A DNA stretch of 41,772 nucleotides, taken from a virus. Its lineage: Duplodnaviria > Caudoviricetes. The position numbers were made by a program, and so were the translations under genes. Shown one piece after another: positions 9,116-18,965 of this stretch. Each line of letters starts with the position of its first letter. Position 1 is the first letter of the stretch. Below the pieces are notes generated by a model. It did no database searches and was not told the origin of the DNA. It saw nothing but the letters and a program-made list of their open reading frames with translations. The stretch spans positions 1-41,772 of IMG/VR virus record IMGVR_UViG_3300032225_002083. The stretch is one strand, 5' to 3'.

Positions 9116-12100
9116 ATGGCAATTCAAATTGGAAAATACAAAAGACCAGGAATCTTCATAGAAGAATTTGACAATTCAATTATAACAACTCCTGTGGTTG
9201 AGGGTATTACTAATATGGTTATTGGTGTTTCTAAAAAAGGACCAGTAAATACACCTATTAGACTTACAACTCTTAACGACTTAGAGTCGATATTTGGTCA
9301 ACTTGACAGAGGCCTGGAAAGAAAAGGTTCGTTTTTCCACAGAACTATCCAAAAAATGTTGGAATCAGCTCCAGTATATGCTATCAACTTATTAAGCACA
9401 GATGATACACTTGATACTATTGAGTATAAATCATTATCAGCTTCTTCTGGCTATATGAACGATGTCGAAAGATTAGGCGCGTATAGAAGATTCTTTGATA
9501 CAACAGGTTTCTGGAAAAGAGATACTGAATCTTTTATCAACTTAACTAAACACAATACTGGTTATACTGAAAGAGCTTTCAATATCACTAACCTTTCTGA
9601 TAAATACGTTACTGTATTTATTGTTAAGAGTGCAAGAACTGGTTTTGACAGAACTCTTATCGAATGGTACGGTTCTCAAGAAAAACTTCCGCCATATGTT
9701 AACGCTAATGATTGGGCATCTGACTATTTAGTTGATGTTGTAGTTGTAGGAGGAGATTGGACTGACTATCAAACTTTAGCAGTTGATACAAGATGGAGTG
9801 CTTACTTTAACACATCTGGTCTTGTTAAAGGACAGATTAGAAATTTTGCTAATGACAGAAATGTTACTTCATTAGCTTATTATGAAGGATTGTCTTTGAT
9901 TCCATATTTTAGAGATGCCAACGGTACTAATATTTTTATTGAAACAACAATTAACAGAGATACAGACAAAACAGGTTTATTCTGCTCATTCAACTCAGAT
10001 TTAGTTGAAACAGATTACTATAACGGTTTATTAGACTTAATAGGTCAAACAACTGCCGGTATTTTAGAATCTGAAATTGAATTCTTATCTTATAAAGAAA
10101 CAATATCTGAATCAGTTGAGATTGTATCAACTCCTCTTGACTTACCAGGTAACGTAACTGCTTTATTTGGTGGTGGATCATTCAGTTATATTGGACAAGC
10201 TACTCACGCATTTGGTTCACCAATGCAAACAGGGATTGTACAATATGGTGATAACAGAACTGCTTGGTTTGCTGAAGGTTCTACTTATGATATTACTTTA
10301 GATTCTATAGTTTCTACAACATCTGATATCACAGTTACTTACTTAGCACCAGATGGTTTTGCTGTAATGGCTGATACTTATGTTCCGGTTTCTGGTACAT
10401 TCTCTCTTACACTTAATGCAAGTGATTATACATCAACATACGGCACATTATCATATGTTTCAACATTTGTTTTAGACAACACAGGTACTATCAGTGTTCT
10501 TTCTAACAAAACTGGTTCATCTGCACAAGTAAATACAACAAACCCTTCTGTATCAACAGGAGATATAGTTTTAGGATATGTTAACTTTCAAATCTTCAAT
10601 GGTGACATCGCAACAAGTTCAGTTGCTCTTACAGATGTAAACGTAGATAGTGGTGGATTCATGGATTATCAATTTGGTGTTGATTATGACATAACATTAC
10701 CTACTTCAGGTTCAGGTTCTATTAAAGTAGAATTTTTGGATACTAATGCTACTCCTTCTACAAAGAACTATGAGCAATACAGAAGATTCAAATTATTCAA
10801 CAAATTAGTTGATTTAATTCACGGTGCTAATAAAAATAAAATGACTTTGTGTCTTGGTTCTTCAAATAACTTTGACAAGGTTAGTTTATCAGGAATGACA
10901 ATAACAAATATTGTTAGCTCAACTACATCTAATAAATCATTTATCTTAAATACTAACTTAACTGACAATCAATTATCAGATATAGTTAATCAAGGCTACT
11001 TTGTTGTTTATACAGTAGATAATGAATTAATCTTAGGAACTGATTCAATGACTACTAAGTCTGAAGTTTCAACTCCAACTGATGGTGTTATAGGTAAATA
11101 CTCTAAATTCTATACAAAATACTACGATGGTCTTGTAAATACAAGTGACTACTTCTATACTAATAGAGTACCATATAATATGATAACAGCTGGTGAAACA
11201 TATACAGTTGCATTCACAAATGGTGAGAACGCAGGTACTACATCATCATATGCTGGTAATAACTATGTTATATTTGAAGGTTCTACAAACCCTGACTTTC
11301 AACCATATGAACAATTTATTGTTCCAAGTTCTACTAAAAATACAGGCTCATTTACAATTAAATCAAACTTGAACCCAACAGTAGTAGCCGCAGCATTTGG
11401 TTTTACTATGTCTGCCTGGGGATATGAAATTAATGAAAATGTAACTGATGAGGATGTTTATAACGTATCGGAGGTATTTGATTACATAAACAAAAAATAT
11501 CTTAAAATGTATTTAGACAGTAGTAATGTTCTTTACACTACATTCTGGGATGATGCTTTATATACAGGAAATACAGCTCTTGATGTACTTGCTAATAATA
11601 CATTCTATATTCAATCAGAAAAATCAAACTTTACACAAACTGTTGAAATTGAAGTTCCTAATGGATATGTTCAAGTTCCTAATAAGATTCTTGTTAAAGC
11701 AAGTAGATATACTGAAGTAAAAGCTGGTGACTTCTTATTAGCTTACTATGACAATACTGCTCTTCAAGTTGGTGAAGCACCAAGAAAACTTACAAGAATT
11801 TTAAGTAAGAAAGCTTATGCTGGTGATTCAACATTAGCAGAAATTACTTGTGACTCAAGAATTGCAACATCATCATTCAATGGTGATTTACAAACTACAA
11901 GATATGCTTCTATTGATAATTACGCAACTACTTACAAAGGTATTGCTATGAAAGGATTTAGAGTTAGACAAGCTTCTTTACCCGATGGTACTGAGACAAG
12001 ACAAAATTCTATTCTGAATATTGTTGCTAAAGGAACTCCTTTATTCAAAGCAGTTACTAACAAAGAAGCAATTGACTTCAGATATTTAATTGACTCATTT

Positions 12101-12997
12101 GGTCTTGGTTTAACTGAAAGATCTAAACAACAATTAGTAGATATCTGTGGTGATAGATTAGATGCTCTTGGAATTATCAATATGCCTTCTATGAAGTCAT
12201 TCAAAAACTCATCATCTCCATCATTTATGGATAACAACCCAACATCACCTACATACGGATCTCTTAGACTTGATTTTGTAGCAAAAGGTGGTGACCCAGA
12301 AAGTTCTCCAGCATTCCTTTACTCATTTGGCGATGGTTTAGGTTCTACATCAGTAGGTTACTTCATGCCTTATGTATTAGTAAATGACAATGGTAGACCA
12401 ATAGATGTTCCACCAGCAGCATGGGTCGCTACAACTTATATGAGAAAACACATCTCTAATGTAAGCGGTGTAACTCCTTGGACAATCGCAGCAGGTGTCA
12501 CTAATGGTAGAGTAACAAACATCACATCAACTGAGATGGACTTTACACCTACTGACATTGAATACATAAATCAAGCTCAAATGAACCCAATCGTGTTCAA
12601 GAGAAATAGAGGAAATGTAATTGAGACTGAAAATACGGCTCAAACACTTTACAAATCAGCTCTTTCATATTTACATGTTAGAGAAGTTCTCATCGAACTT
12701 GAAAGAGAATTGTCAAGAATGTTATTAGACTTCCAATGGAAATTTAATACACCTGATATTAGAGCAGAAATTAAACTTAGAGCAGACGTTATCTGTGAAA
12801 CTTATGTAAGTAAGAATGGTTTATACAACTACTTTAATAAAATGGATGAAGAAAATAACACTAATGATATTATTGATAACCAAATAGGTGTTCTAGATAC
12901 ATATGTTGAACCAATCAAAGGTATGGGTATTATCGTAAACAATATTACTATCTTGAGAACTGGTGCTATCTCAGCGGGTGGATTCATCAACGGATAA
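9116..12997 (+). CDS. gp18: Contractile tail sheath protein (gp18-like) with a large central insertion
   Basis: N-terminal RPGIFIEEFD and GVSKKGPVNTP. C-terminal sheath domain VPPAAWV, PWTIAAGVTNG, QMNPI, SALSYLHVREVL, FNTPDIRAEI, MDEENNTNDIIDNQ, YVEPIKGM. Confidence 0.93.
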   Translation: MAIQIGKYKRPGIFIEEFDNSIITTPVVEGITNMVIGVSKKGPVNTPIRLTTLNDLESIFGQLDRGLERKGSFFHRTIQKMLESAPVYAINLLSTDDTLDTIEYKSLSASSGYMNDVERLGAYRRFFDTTGFWKRDTESFINLTKHNTGYTERAFNITNLSDKYVTVFIVKSARTGFDRTLIEWYGSQEKLPPYVNANDWASDYLVDVVVVGGDWTDYQTLAVDTRWSAYFNTSGLVKGQIRNFANDRNVTSLAYYEGLSLIPYFRDANGTNIFIETTINRDTDKTGLFCSFNSDLVETDYYNGLLDLIGQTTAGILESEIEFLSYKETISESVEIVSTPLDLPGNVTALFGGGSFSYIGQATHAFGSPMQTGIVQYGDNRTAWFAEGSTYDITLDSIVSTTSDITVTYLAPDGFAVMADTYVPVSGTFSLTLNASDYTSTYGTLSYVSTFVLDNTGTISVLSNKTGSSAQVNTTNPSVSTGDIVLGYVNFQIFNGDIATSSVALTDVNVDSGGFMDYQFGVDYDITLPTSGSGSIKVEFLDTNATPSTKNYEQYRRFKLFNKLVDLIHGANKNKMTLCLGSSNNFDKVSLSGMTITNIVSSTTSNKSFILNTNLTDNQLSDIVNQGYFVVYTVDNELILGTDSMTTKSEVSTPTDGVIGKYSKFYTKYYDGLVNTSDYFYTNRVPYNMITAGETYTVAFTNGENAGTTSSYAGNNYVIFEGSTNPDFQPYEQFIVPSSTKNTGSFTIKSNLNPTVVAAAFGFTMSAWGYEINENVTDEDVYNVSEVFDYINKKYLKMYLDSSNVLYTTFWDDALYTGNTALDVLANNTFYIQSEKSNFTQTVEIEVPNGYVQVPNKILVKASRYTEVKAGDFLLAYYDNTALQVGEAPRKLTRILSKKAYAGDSTLAEITCDSRIATSSFNGDLQTTRYASIDNYATTYKGIAMKGFRVRQASLPDGTETRQNSILNIVAKGTPLFKAVTNKEAIDFRYLIDSFGLGLTERSKQQLVDICGDRLDALGIINMPSMKSFKNSSSPSFMDNNPTSPTYGSLRLDFVAKGGDPESSPAFLYSFGDGLGSTSVGYFMPYVLVNDNGRPIDVPPAAWVATTYMRKHISNVSGVTPWTIAAGVTNGRVTNITSTEMDFTPTDIEYINQAQMNPIVFKRNRGNVIETENTAQTLYKSALSYLHVREVLIELERELSRMLLDFQWKFNTPDIRAEIKLRADVICETYVSKNGLYNYFNKMDEENNTNDIIDNQIGVLDTYVEPIKGMGIIVNNITILRTGAISAGGFING

Positions 12998-13017
12998 TAA
13001 TTAATAAAATTTATAAT

Positions 13018-13053
13018 AAAAAGAGGAAAGTGAAAACTTTCCTCTTTTTTTTT
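13018..13053 (+). terminator. Intrinsic terminator after the sheath gene
   Basis: AAAAAGAGGAAAGT-GAAA-ACTTTCCTCTTTTT followed by a T run. Confidence 0.88.
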
Positions 13054-13122
13054 GTTATAACAATAAGGTATTTTATAGGGATACTAATCCCATGAATATA
13101 TAATAAAAAATAAATAATTAAT

Positions 13123-14061
13123 ATGTCTGAACAAAATAATATGAGCGAAGAAGATTACTTAAAGAAACATCTTGGTAATTTAGAAACCTCTAAGATTCAA
13201 AGCAATTCTGATATTCCATTCGTGGAGCAACCAAAAATTGACAGTACAAGAACGACAGATCTTCAATTCTTTAACTTTGATATTAAAGAATTGCCTTGTG
13301 GTGCTTTTTATCCAACAGGTACAGTTTTTATGGTAAGACCTGCTCAAGTAAAAGAAATTCAATCATATTCAATGGTAGATGATAATAACTTCTATGATAT
13401 TGTTGAGAAAATGAATGATATTTTACAATCTTGTGTTAGAATTAAATACTCAGATGGTAAAGTAGGTTCATATCTTGAAATAAAAGACCAAGACAGATTA
13501 TTTTTAGTTTTCTTAATTAGAGAATTAACATTCCAACAAGGTAATTCATTATCAGTAACTACAAGATGTGGATGTGGTACTGATTTACAGTTAGAGTTAA
13601 AAAGAGAAAACTTTGCTTTTCATGAAGTAGATGAAAAACTTGATAGATACTTCAGTGCATCTTCAAGATCTTATCACTTCACAACGGTGAATAGCAAAGA
13701 GTTTGAACTAACTCCACCAAACATTGGCTTACAAAAAGCCTTTACTGATTATATCTTAAAAGAAAATAATGAGAAAAGAACTCCAAACTTATCTTTCTTG
13801 AAAATTATTCCTTTTATGTTATCAGGTAGATCTTCAATTACTTATGAAGGTATCAAATCTAAATTAAAAGAGTTTGAAGAAATTGATGATATTTCTTTCC
13901 AATTCTTAAATGCTGCTGTTAGCAAAATGACTTTTGGTATCAAGGAATTGAAGAAAACATGTTCGTGTGGTGAGGAGGTCCACACAGACATGCAATTTCC
14001 CAACGGAGCGTCAGGTATTTTCGTTATTCACGATGCCTTTGAAGCATATATTAAAGAATAA
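13123..14061 (+). CDS. T4 gp26-like baseplate hub / tail assembly protein
   Basis: ELPCGAFY, VRPAQVKE, DRLFLVFLIR and two CxCG Zn-knuckle motifs; located between sheath and tube genes. Confidence 0.65.
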   Translation: MSEQNNMSEEDYLKKHLGNLETSKIQSNSDIPFVEQPKIDSTRTTDLQFFNFDIKELPCGAFYPTGTVFMVRPAQVKEIQSYSMVDDNNFYDIVEKMNDILQSCVRIKYSDGKVGSYLEIKDQDRLFLVFLIRELTFQQGNSLSVTTRCGCGTDLQLELKRENFAFHEVDEKLDRYFSASSRSYHFTTVNSKEFELTPPNIGLQKAFTDYILKENNEKRTPNLSFLKIIPFMLSGRSSITYEGIKSKLKEFEEIDDISFQFLNAAVSKMTFGIKELKKTCSCGEEVHTDMQFPNGASGIFVIHDAFEAYIKE

Positions 14062-14284
14062 GCTTCTATTACAAAAGCACTTCCACACTCAAGAAATAGC
14101 AATGGATGAGTGGCCTTTCTGGATGTTTGAGGAAAACATTAAATTAGTTAATGAGATTGCTGAAGAAGAAGAAACAAGCAGAAAGAAACAGGAAAGTGAA
14201 CAACAAAAAGGAATGCCAAACTTTGATGCCAACTCAATGATGAGAAATGCTTCAAATATGACAAATAACATTCCTAAGTTCTAA
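14033..14284 (+). CDS. Small tail/baseplate assembly chaperone-like protein, possibly a frameshift extension of the upstream gene
   Basis: ATG 14033 overlaps the upstream gene in the +1 frame. LLQKHFHTQEIAMDEWPFW resembles the small ORFs (LMxHxxxSxxEIExMxPWE) that follow gp26-like genes. Confidence 0.55.
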   Translation: MPLKHILKNKLLLQKHFHTQEIAMDEWPFWMFEENIKLVNEIAEEEETSRKKQESEQQKGMPNFDANSMMRNASNMTNNIPKF

Positions 14285-14311
14285 TACTAGGACGCCAAAC
14301 TTAGAAATATT

Positions 14312-14373
14312 AAACCCACCAATTGGTGGGTTTTTTAGTGCATAAAAAAACCCATCTTAAAAGATGGGTTTTT
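14312..14373. terminator. Two adjacent intrinsic terminators between convergent operons
   Basis: AAACCCACC-AATT-GGTGGGTTTTTT (14312-14336) and AAAAACCCATCT-TAAA-AGATGGGTTTTT (14346-14373). Confidence 0.85.
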
Positions 14374-14389
14374 AATTTTAATATTATTC

Positions 14390-15010
14390 TTAGTATCCAG
14401 ATACAATTGGAGGATTGATAGTAAAGTTATTATCAATGTACTCATCAATGAAGTAATCATAAATAAAGTCAGCTTGAACAGATTCAATGATGTTGTTTTG
14501 AGCCCAGTCAAGTGAATAACCTTGTAGTTTACTAATTTGAACGTTTTGATAAGTAACACGTCTTAATACAACACCTTTTTTATCATGTTGGTTAACAATA
14601 ACTGTACCGATGATATCAGATTTATAGTGAAGTGTACCATTTTGTGAGTTGAATACTAAATCATACCAAGCCTTCATAGCATTCCAAGTCTCCATAGAAC
14701 CTTGCTGATTCACGTTAACATTGAATTTAATGTCAAATGCACCAGAAGTTTTTGTAGGAGTCGTTAAAAACGCTCTTGTTGAATACTTGAATCTTTGTTC
14801 TTTAACAGCAACGTCAAATTCTGTTAAGTTCATATTTATATTCAAAGCATTTTGAAGAAGTAAGATAGGGTTTCTACCTTGAGCCTGTAAAATTACAGGT
14901 AATACAAATGTTATCTCAAACAAGTTTGTATATACTACTTCATCAGGTAACGTACCAGGACCCCCTGGTGAGCCTGTATTTAAAAGTTGAGTGAAATGTG
15001 GTAATGGCAT
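14390..15010 (-). CDS. gp19: Tail tube protein (gp19-like)
   Basis: NLFEITF, WNAMKAWYDLV, YKSDIIGTVIVNQHDKKG and terminal ADFIYDYF; 206 aa and adjacent to the sheath module. Confidence 0.8.
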   Translation of the reverse strand: MPLPHFTQLLNTGSPGGPGTLPDEVVYTNLFEITFVLPVILQAQGRNPILLLQNALNINMNLTEFDVAVKEQRFKYSTRAFLTTPTKTSGAFDIKFNVNVNQQGSMETWNAMKAWYDLVFNSQNGTLHYKSDIIGTVIVNQHDKKGVVLRRVTYQNVQISKLQGYSLDWAQNNIIESVQADFIYDYFIDEYIDNNFTINPPIVSGY

Positions 15011-15125
15011 ATTTTTTTAAATTATTTTTTATAAATTATATATTTTTCTTCGTTATCTCTTTAGCTCTATTTTAAAATATTATGTTGATAAAAATGCCAT
15101 TTCCACTATTTAATAAATACAGTAT

Positions 15126-15473
15126 ATGAACTGTAATTATAGATATTGTAATAAAGAGATTGTTTGGGGTAGACCGGATAGAAAGTTTTGTAATAAAAAT
15201 TGCAAATCTAAAGAGAAAGCCATAGAAAAAGAGTTAAAAGCTCTTAATAGAAGAAGTAAAAAGAGTAAAGAATTTGTTGATAAGTCCAATGTTAAACACA
15301 ACTATAAGTATAACTATGACTTAGTACTTTATGAAAACTGTAGAACCAAGATCAAAATAATATGTCCTATACATGGAGAGTTTGAACAAACACCAAACGG
15401 TCATCTATACGCTGGTAGTGGTTGTGAAAAATGTGCCAGAGAAGCTAGAAGAAAAGAAACAATACCTGAATAA
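15126..15473 (+). CDS. Cys-rich Zn-binding protein with a DUF723-like, homing-endonuclease-associated repeat and no nuclease domain
   Basis: CxxxxC...FCxxxC N-terminus followed by KHNYKYNYDLVLY...KIKIICPIHGEFEQTP..H..GSGCEKC. Confidence 0.65.
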   Translation: MNCNYRYCNKEIVWGRPDRKFCNKNCKSKEKAIEKELKALNRRSKKSKEFVDKSNVKHNYKYNYDLVLYENCRTKIKIICPIHGEFEQTPNGHLYAGSGCEKCAREARRKETIPE

Positions 15474-15501
15474 TTTCATATAAAAAGAAAACAATTTTTT
15501 A

Positions 15502-16626
15502 ATGAAAGTTTTTATTACAACAGACTGGCACTTCGGAGTGTATCTTAATAACTTAGATAAGTGGTTAGATATGATGGAAGATTACTTCTACAACTCTTTT
15601 ATTCCCTATATAAAAGAAAATGCTAAACCAGGTGATATTCTTATTCACTGTGGTGATTTATATGACAATAGAACATCCATTCCTATTATTGCCTCATATA
15701 AAGCCGAAAAAATCCTTTTAGAACTATCTCAAATACTACCTTTACATATTATTGTTGGTAATCACGACTTATGGAACAAAGGATCAAATGATATTAATTC
15801 AGTTAGACTATTTAATCACGTTGATAATGTAAATGTTTATACTAATACAACTACAATTGAAATAGGTGGTCAGAAATTAGTCCTAATGCCTTGGGTTGAA
15901 AAAAGATTAGATATGATTAAAGAAATTACTAATAACCAAGGTAATTATTTGTTCTGTCACTCTGACTTAAATGGTTGCCGCATGCATTTAAATTCGGTAG
16001 CACATAGAAATGCTGATAAGATTGATGTTGATGAGTTTAAGAAATATAAACACGTTTTTAGTGGACATATTCATATTCGTCAAACAAATGAGAATTTCTC
16101 GTTTATAGGCTCACCATATCAAATGGATAGAAATGATATGGGAGACCAAAAAGGTATCACCATTCTCGACCTAAATAGTGATAAAATTGATTTTGTACCT
16201 AACACATACTCTCCAATTTTCAGAAAGTTTAGAGTTGTTAATGAAGAAGATATTGATAAGTTAGATGAGTTAAGAGGAACTAAAGATTATATTGATTTAG
16301 CCATTTCAAATAACCTTTTAATCAACAATAGAAAGCTTCGTAGAAAGTTAGAAGTTATGTTAGAAAAAGGTAATTTTGCTTCTGTAGAGTATATTGATGA
16401 TATCACTAAAGAGTTAGTAGATGGTGAAGAATTAAATGAATCTAATGAAGTTGAATTTGATGAGAACGGAATGGAGATATCAGTTCAATTAGAATATGAA
16501 GATTATATCAAAGAGTATATCTTAAAACAATCTTATGATAATGATAAGTTCAAATCAGGTATTGTAAATGAGTTTGATGAAGTCATTAGGATATACAATG
16601 AAAACTATAAAGTAAAAGCAGACTAA
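15502..16626 (+). CDS. gp47: Mre11/SbcD-like recombination endonuclease (T4 gp47-like)
   Basis: Metallophosphoesterase motifs TDWHFG, HCGDLYD, VGNHD, FCHSD, SGHIH, plus GSPYQ and MPWV typical of gp47. Confidence 0.9.
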   Translation: MKVFITTDWHFGVYLNNLDKWLDMMEDYFYNSFIPYIKENAKPGDILIHCGDLYDNRTSIPIIASYKAEKILLELSQILPLHIIVGNHDLWNKGSNDINSVRLFNHVDNVNVYTNTTTIEIGGQKLVLMPWVEKRLDMIKEITNNQGNYLFCHSDLNGCRMHLNSVAHRNADKIDVDEFKKYKHVFSGHIHIRQTNENFSFIGSPYQMDRNDMGDQKGITILDLNSDKIDFVPNTYSPIFRKFRVVNEEDIDKLDELRGTKDYIDLAISNNLLINNRKLRRKLEVMLEKGNFASVEYIDDITKELVDGEELNESNEVEFDENGMEISVQLEYEDYIKEYILKQSYDNDKFKSGIVNEFDEVIRIYNENYKVKAD

Positions 16627-16629
16627 AAC

Positions 16630-16657
16630 AAAAACTCATCTTTAAGATGAGTTTTTT
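16630..16657. terminator. Bidirectional intrinsic terminator
   Basis: AAAAACTCATCT-TTA-AGATGAGTTTTTT between convergent genes. Confidence 0.8.
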
Positions 16658-16662
16658 ATTTA

Positions 16663-17346
16663 TTAGGTCTTCTTATATACAATTGATGATGCGTCATTAA
16701 GTTTTGATTTATATTCATCAATCACTTTTAATGTTTTTTCATTTGATAGTTTCTGATCAGTCCATTCGTTTTTCCAATAAAAATTCTTATTAGGGAAAAA
16801 GGTTACAATCAAATGTGAGGCGGCATCTACAGCGGTTGAATATTTTTTAGAATCATAGTATTTATAGACAATGTTATACAAGTCATCCAATCTTTTAACA
16901 ATATCTTTATCCTTTAACAAAGAATAGTTCTTTTTACACTCATCTAAAAGACCTTTGAAATTTTCATCGAATGTTTTTTTTGCATAAGCTTGATTATTAC
17001 TTTCCAAATCAATTTTTTCTTTTTCTAATTCTGATATCTTTGCCTGAACCCATTCATCGTTTTGCTTGGTCGCAGATATTGTATTTTTAACACTATTTGA
17101 ATATGTTTTTAACATATTCAACGTATTGTCTAGCATACTATTTGCAGTTTCTTTATTTTTTTTATAAATAGTATTAAGATTGTTAAGTGTTTCAATTCCA
17201 CTTCTCTGCATTTCTTTCGTAAATATTTCATAACCTCTTGAGATCTCATGATTATGAAATAGTATATCACGAGCTACTTTTATTTTTTCTTCAAAGTTAT
17301 CTACCACTTCAGATTCAAATAACCTATATGTTAATAAATGTTTCAT
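16663..17346 (-). CDS. Helical hypothetical protein with capsid-targeting-like N-terminus
   Basis: Starts MKHLLTYRLFESE. Confidence 0.7.
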   Translation of the reverse strand: MKHLLTYRLFESEVVDNFEEKIKVARDILFHNHEISRGYEIFTKEMQRSGIETLNNLNTIYKKNKETANSMLDNTLNMLKTYSNSVKNTISATKQNDEWVQAKISELEKEKIDLESNNQAYAKKTFDENFKGLLDECKKNYSLLKDKDIVKRLDDLYNIVYKYYDSKKYSTAVDAASHLIVTFFPNKNFYWKNEWTDQKLSNEKTLKVIDEYKSKLNDASSIVYKKT

Positions 17347-17603
17347 AATTTTTTTAATTTTATTTTTAAATCACCTTTTCCCTTTATCAATCTATGATAA
17401 ACACCCATTGGTATAAATACTTTTTCATTTATTTCTTTAGGTAATTCGTTATCAATTTGAATCATCCAATCTGTTTTACCAATAGATTCAATTATTCTAT
17501 CTTCTCTATCACGATGCCACACAAACTCACCAGAGTCAGTATCATGACTGAACTCCCTGATAAATATATTATTTCCTAATTTAGTTTCTTGAAATGGCAA
17601 CAT
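17343..17603 (-). CDS. Small cupin-fold protein
   Basis: WHRDREDR (cupin motif 1) and FIPMGVYHRL (motif 2). Confidence 0.7.
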   Translation of the reverse strand: MLPFQETKLGNNIFIREFSHDTDSGEFVWHRDREDRIIESIGKTDWMIQIDNELPKEINEKVFIPMGVYHRLIKGKGDLKIKLKKL

Positions 17604-18190
17604 TATATAATTTTATTAAAATTTTCAATTGATGACTCATCAAATATTGCTACATTTTTCACACCTTTTTCTGTAACCTCAAATCCGCTATATCTTTTAT
17701 CTTTAATTGCTTTAATAATTGGATCACTCTCTATTATCTGCCAAGCACCATTCTTTATTAACCAAAGATAATTATATACACTCTGTGAGGTATCTTCTAA
17801 GTCAAATTCTTCTTCAGTATCATAATCAAATCCTTTAAATCCTTTACCTCTATTTGATTTGAATTTTTTACCATTTGTTGGATCTTCGTATTCACTATCT
17901 ATCATTTTTTGTAATATTGACTTCAAATCTAACTCTTTCATTGTTTCTACTTGTATAGGGTTACAAATTTTTAAATTTGGTTTTAATTTTACTTGCCAAA
18001 CTGCTCCTTCCGGAAATTCTTCTCTTTCATCAAATCCTGCAAAGTTTTTAGCAAAGTCTAGACTACTTGTTAAAAATATAGCACCTGCGAATCTTTTTCT
18101 TTTAGGTGGAAAATCACCCTTTCTATTACCGTGATATAACTTCTCATCAGTAATAGATTCAAATAATTTATATGTTTTTAAGTGTTTCAT
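17603..18190 (-). CDS. ADP-ribosyltransferase-like protein (H-Y/F-class, ART-PolyVal-like) with capsid-targeting-like N-terminus
   Basis: Likely start ATG 18190 (MKHLKTYKLFES). LYHG, GAIFLTSSLDFAKNFA, VWQVKL, YSGF and VAIFD follow the strand order of phage ART folds. Confidence 0.55.
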   Translation of the reverse strand: MKHLKTYKLFESITDEKLYHGNRKGDFPPKRKRFAGAIFLTSSLDFAKNFAGFDEREEFPEGAVWQVKLKPNLKICNPIQVETMKELDLKSILQKMIDSEYEDPTNGKKFKSNRGKGFKGFDYDTEEEFDLEDTSQSVYNYLWLIKNGAWQIIESDPIIKAIKDKRYSGFEVTEKGVKNVAIFDESSIENFNKII

Positions 18191-18191
18191 A

Positions 18192-18950
18192 TTACCAGTA
18201 ACCAGGATAAGTTTTCCCACCCCATAGGTGTCCATATTTGTTAATTCTACAAGCCCAATATCCAGCTTTAGTTTTATCTTTCTTCAAATGACACTGATGT
18301 CTAGCAGCAAATGATTTTCTTGCCTTAGGATTACTAACTTTAGCCGTTAATCCACCGTGTACATCACCAAATGAAATCTTTTTAACATTACCTTTTGCCG
18401 ACTTAACATAAACTTGATACTTTTTAGCACCACCACGCATTGGATAGTTTAATTTAACTTCTTTACCATGATATTTAGCTTCAAATACATAAGCATCTTG
18501 ACCATCATCATATTTACATTTACAAGGTTGACCATCAATTTCTCCTTCAAAAGACATACAAGCCGCCTCACCATTCTTAACCCAAGTTAAAGGTTTAATA
18601 TTTGTAACCATTTTACCCATAACATCATATTTGAAATCAGGGGTTACATCGTGTATAGAAAATGATGGTTGATTTGTCTCAACAAAAAATTCCATTGGTA
18701 AATCTAAAGGAACTAACTCACCATTGTACATTCCAAACTTACCGATATCAGTTGATTCATATAGTTCTTTATCAACATCACATAGATTAACCCTACCTAA
18801 TTCAAATAGTTCTCTTGCCTCTTTGATTACCTCATAAAAAGCTTCTGAACCTGGTCTGAATATATTTTCAGTAATAGGTTTATTATTCTCTAAGTGATAT
18901 TTAAGAGATTCTGATATATTTACAGATTCTGTGAATTTAATAATTTTCAT
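18192..18950 (-). CDS. Conserved phage protein with a basic C-terminal KKYxVYV...FG...RKSFxARHxC...GYWxC domain
   Basis: Starts MKIIKFTES. The C-terminal motif is one I recognise from hypothetical proteins of T4-like and large phages; function unknown. Confidence 0.7.
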   Translation of the reverse strand: MKIIKFTESVNISESLKYHLENNKPITENIFRPGSEAFYEVIKEARELFELGRVNLCDVDKELYESTDIGKFGMYNGELVPLDLPMEFFVETNQPSFSIHDVTPDFKYDVMGKMVTNIKPLTWVKNGEAACMSFEGEIDGQPCKCKYDDGQDAYVFEAKYHGKEVKLNYPMRGGAKKYQVYVKSAKGNVKKISFGDVHGGLTAKVSNPKARKSFAARHQCHLKKDKTKAGYWACRINKYGHLWGGKTYPGYW

Positions 18951-18965
18951 AAAATTATATTTTTT

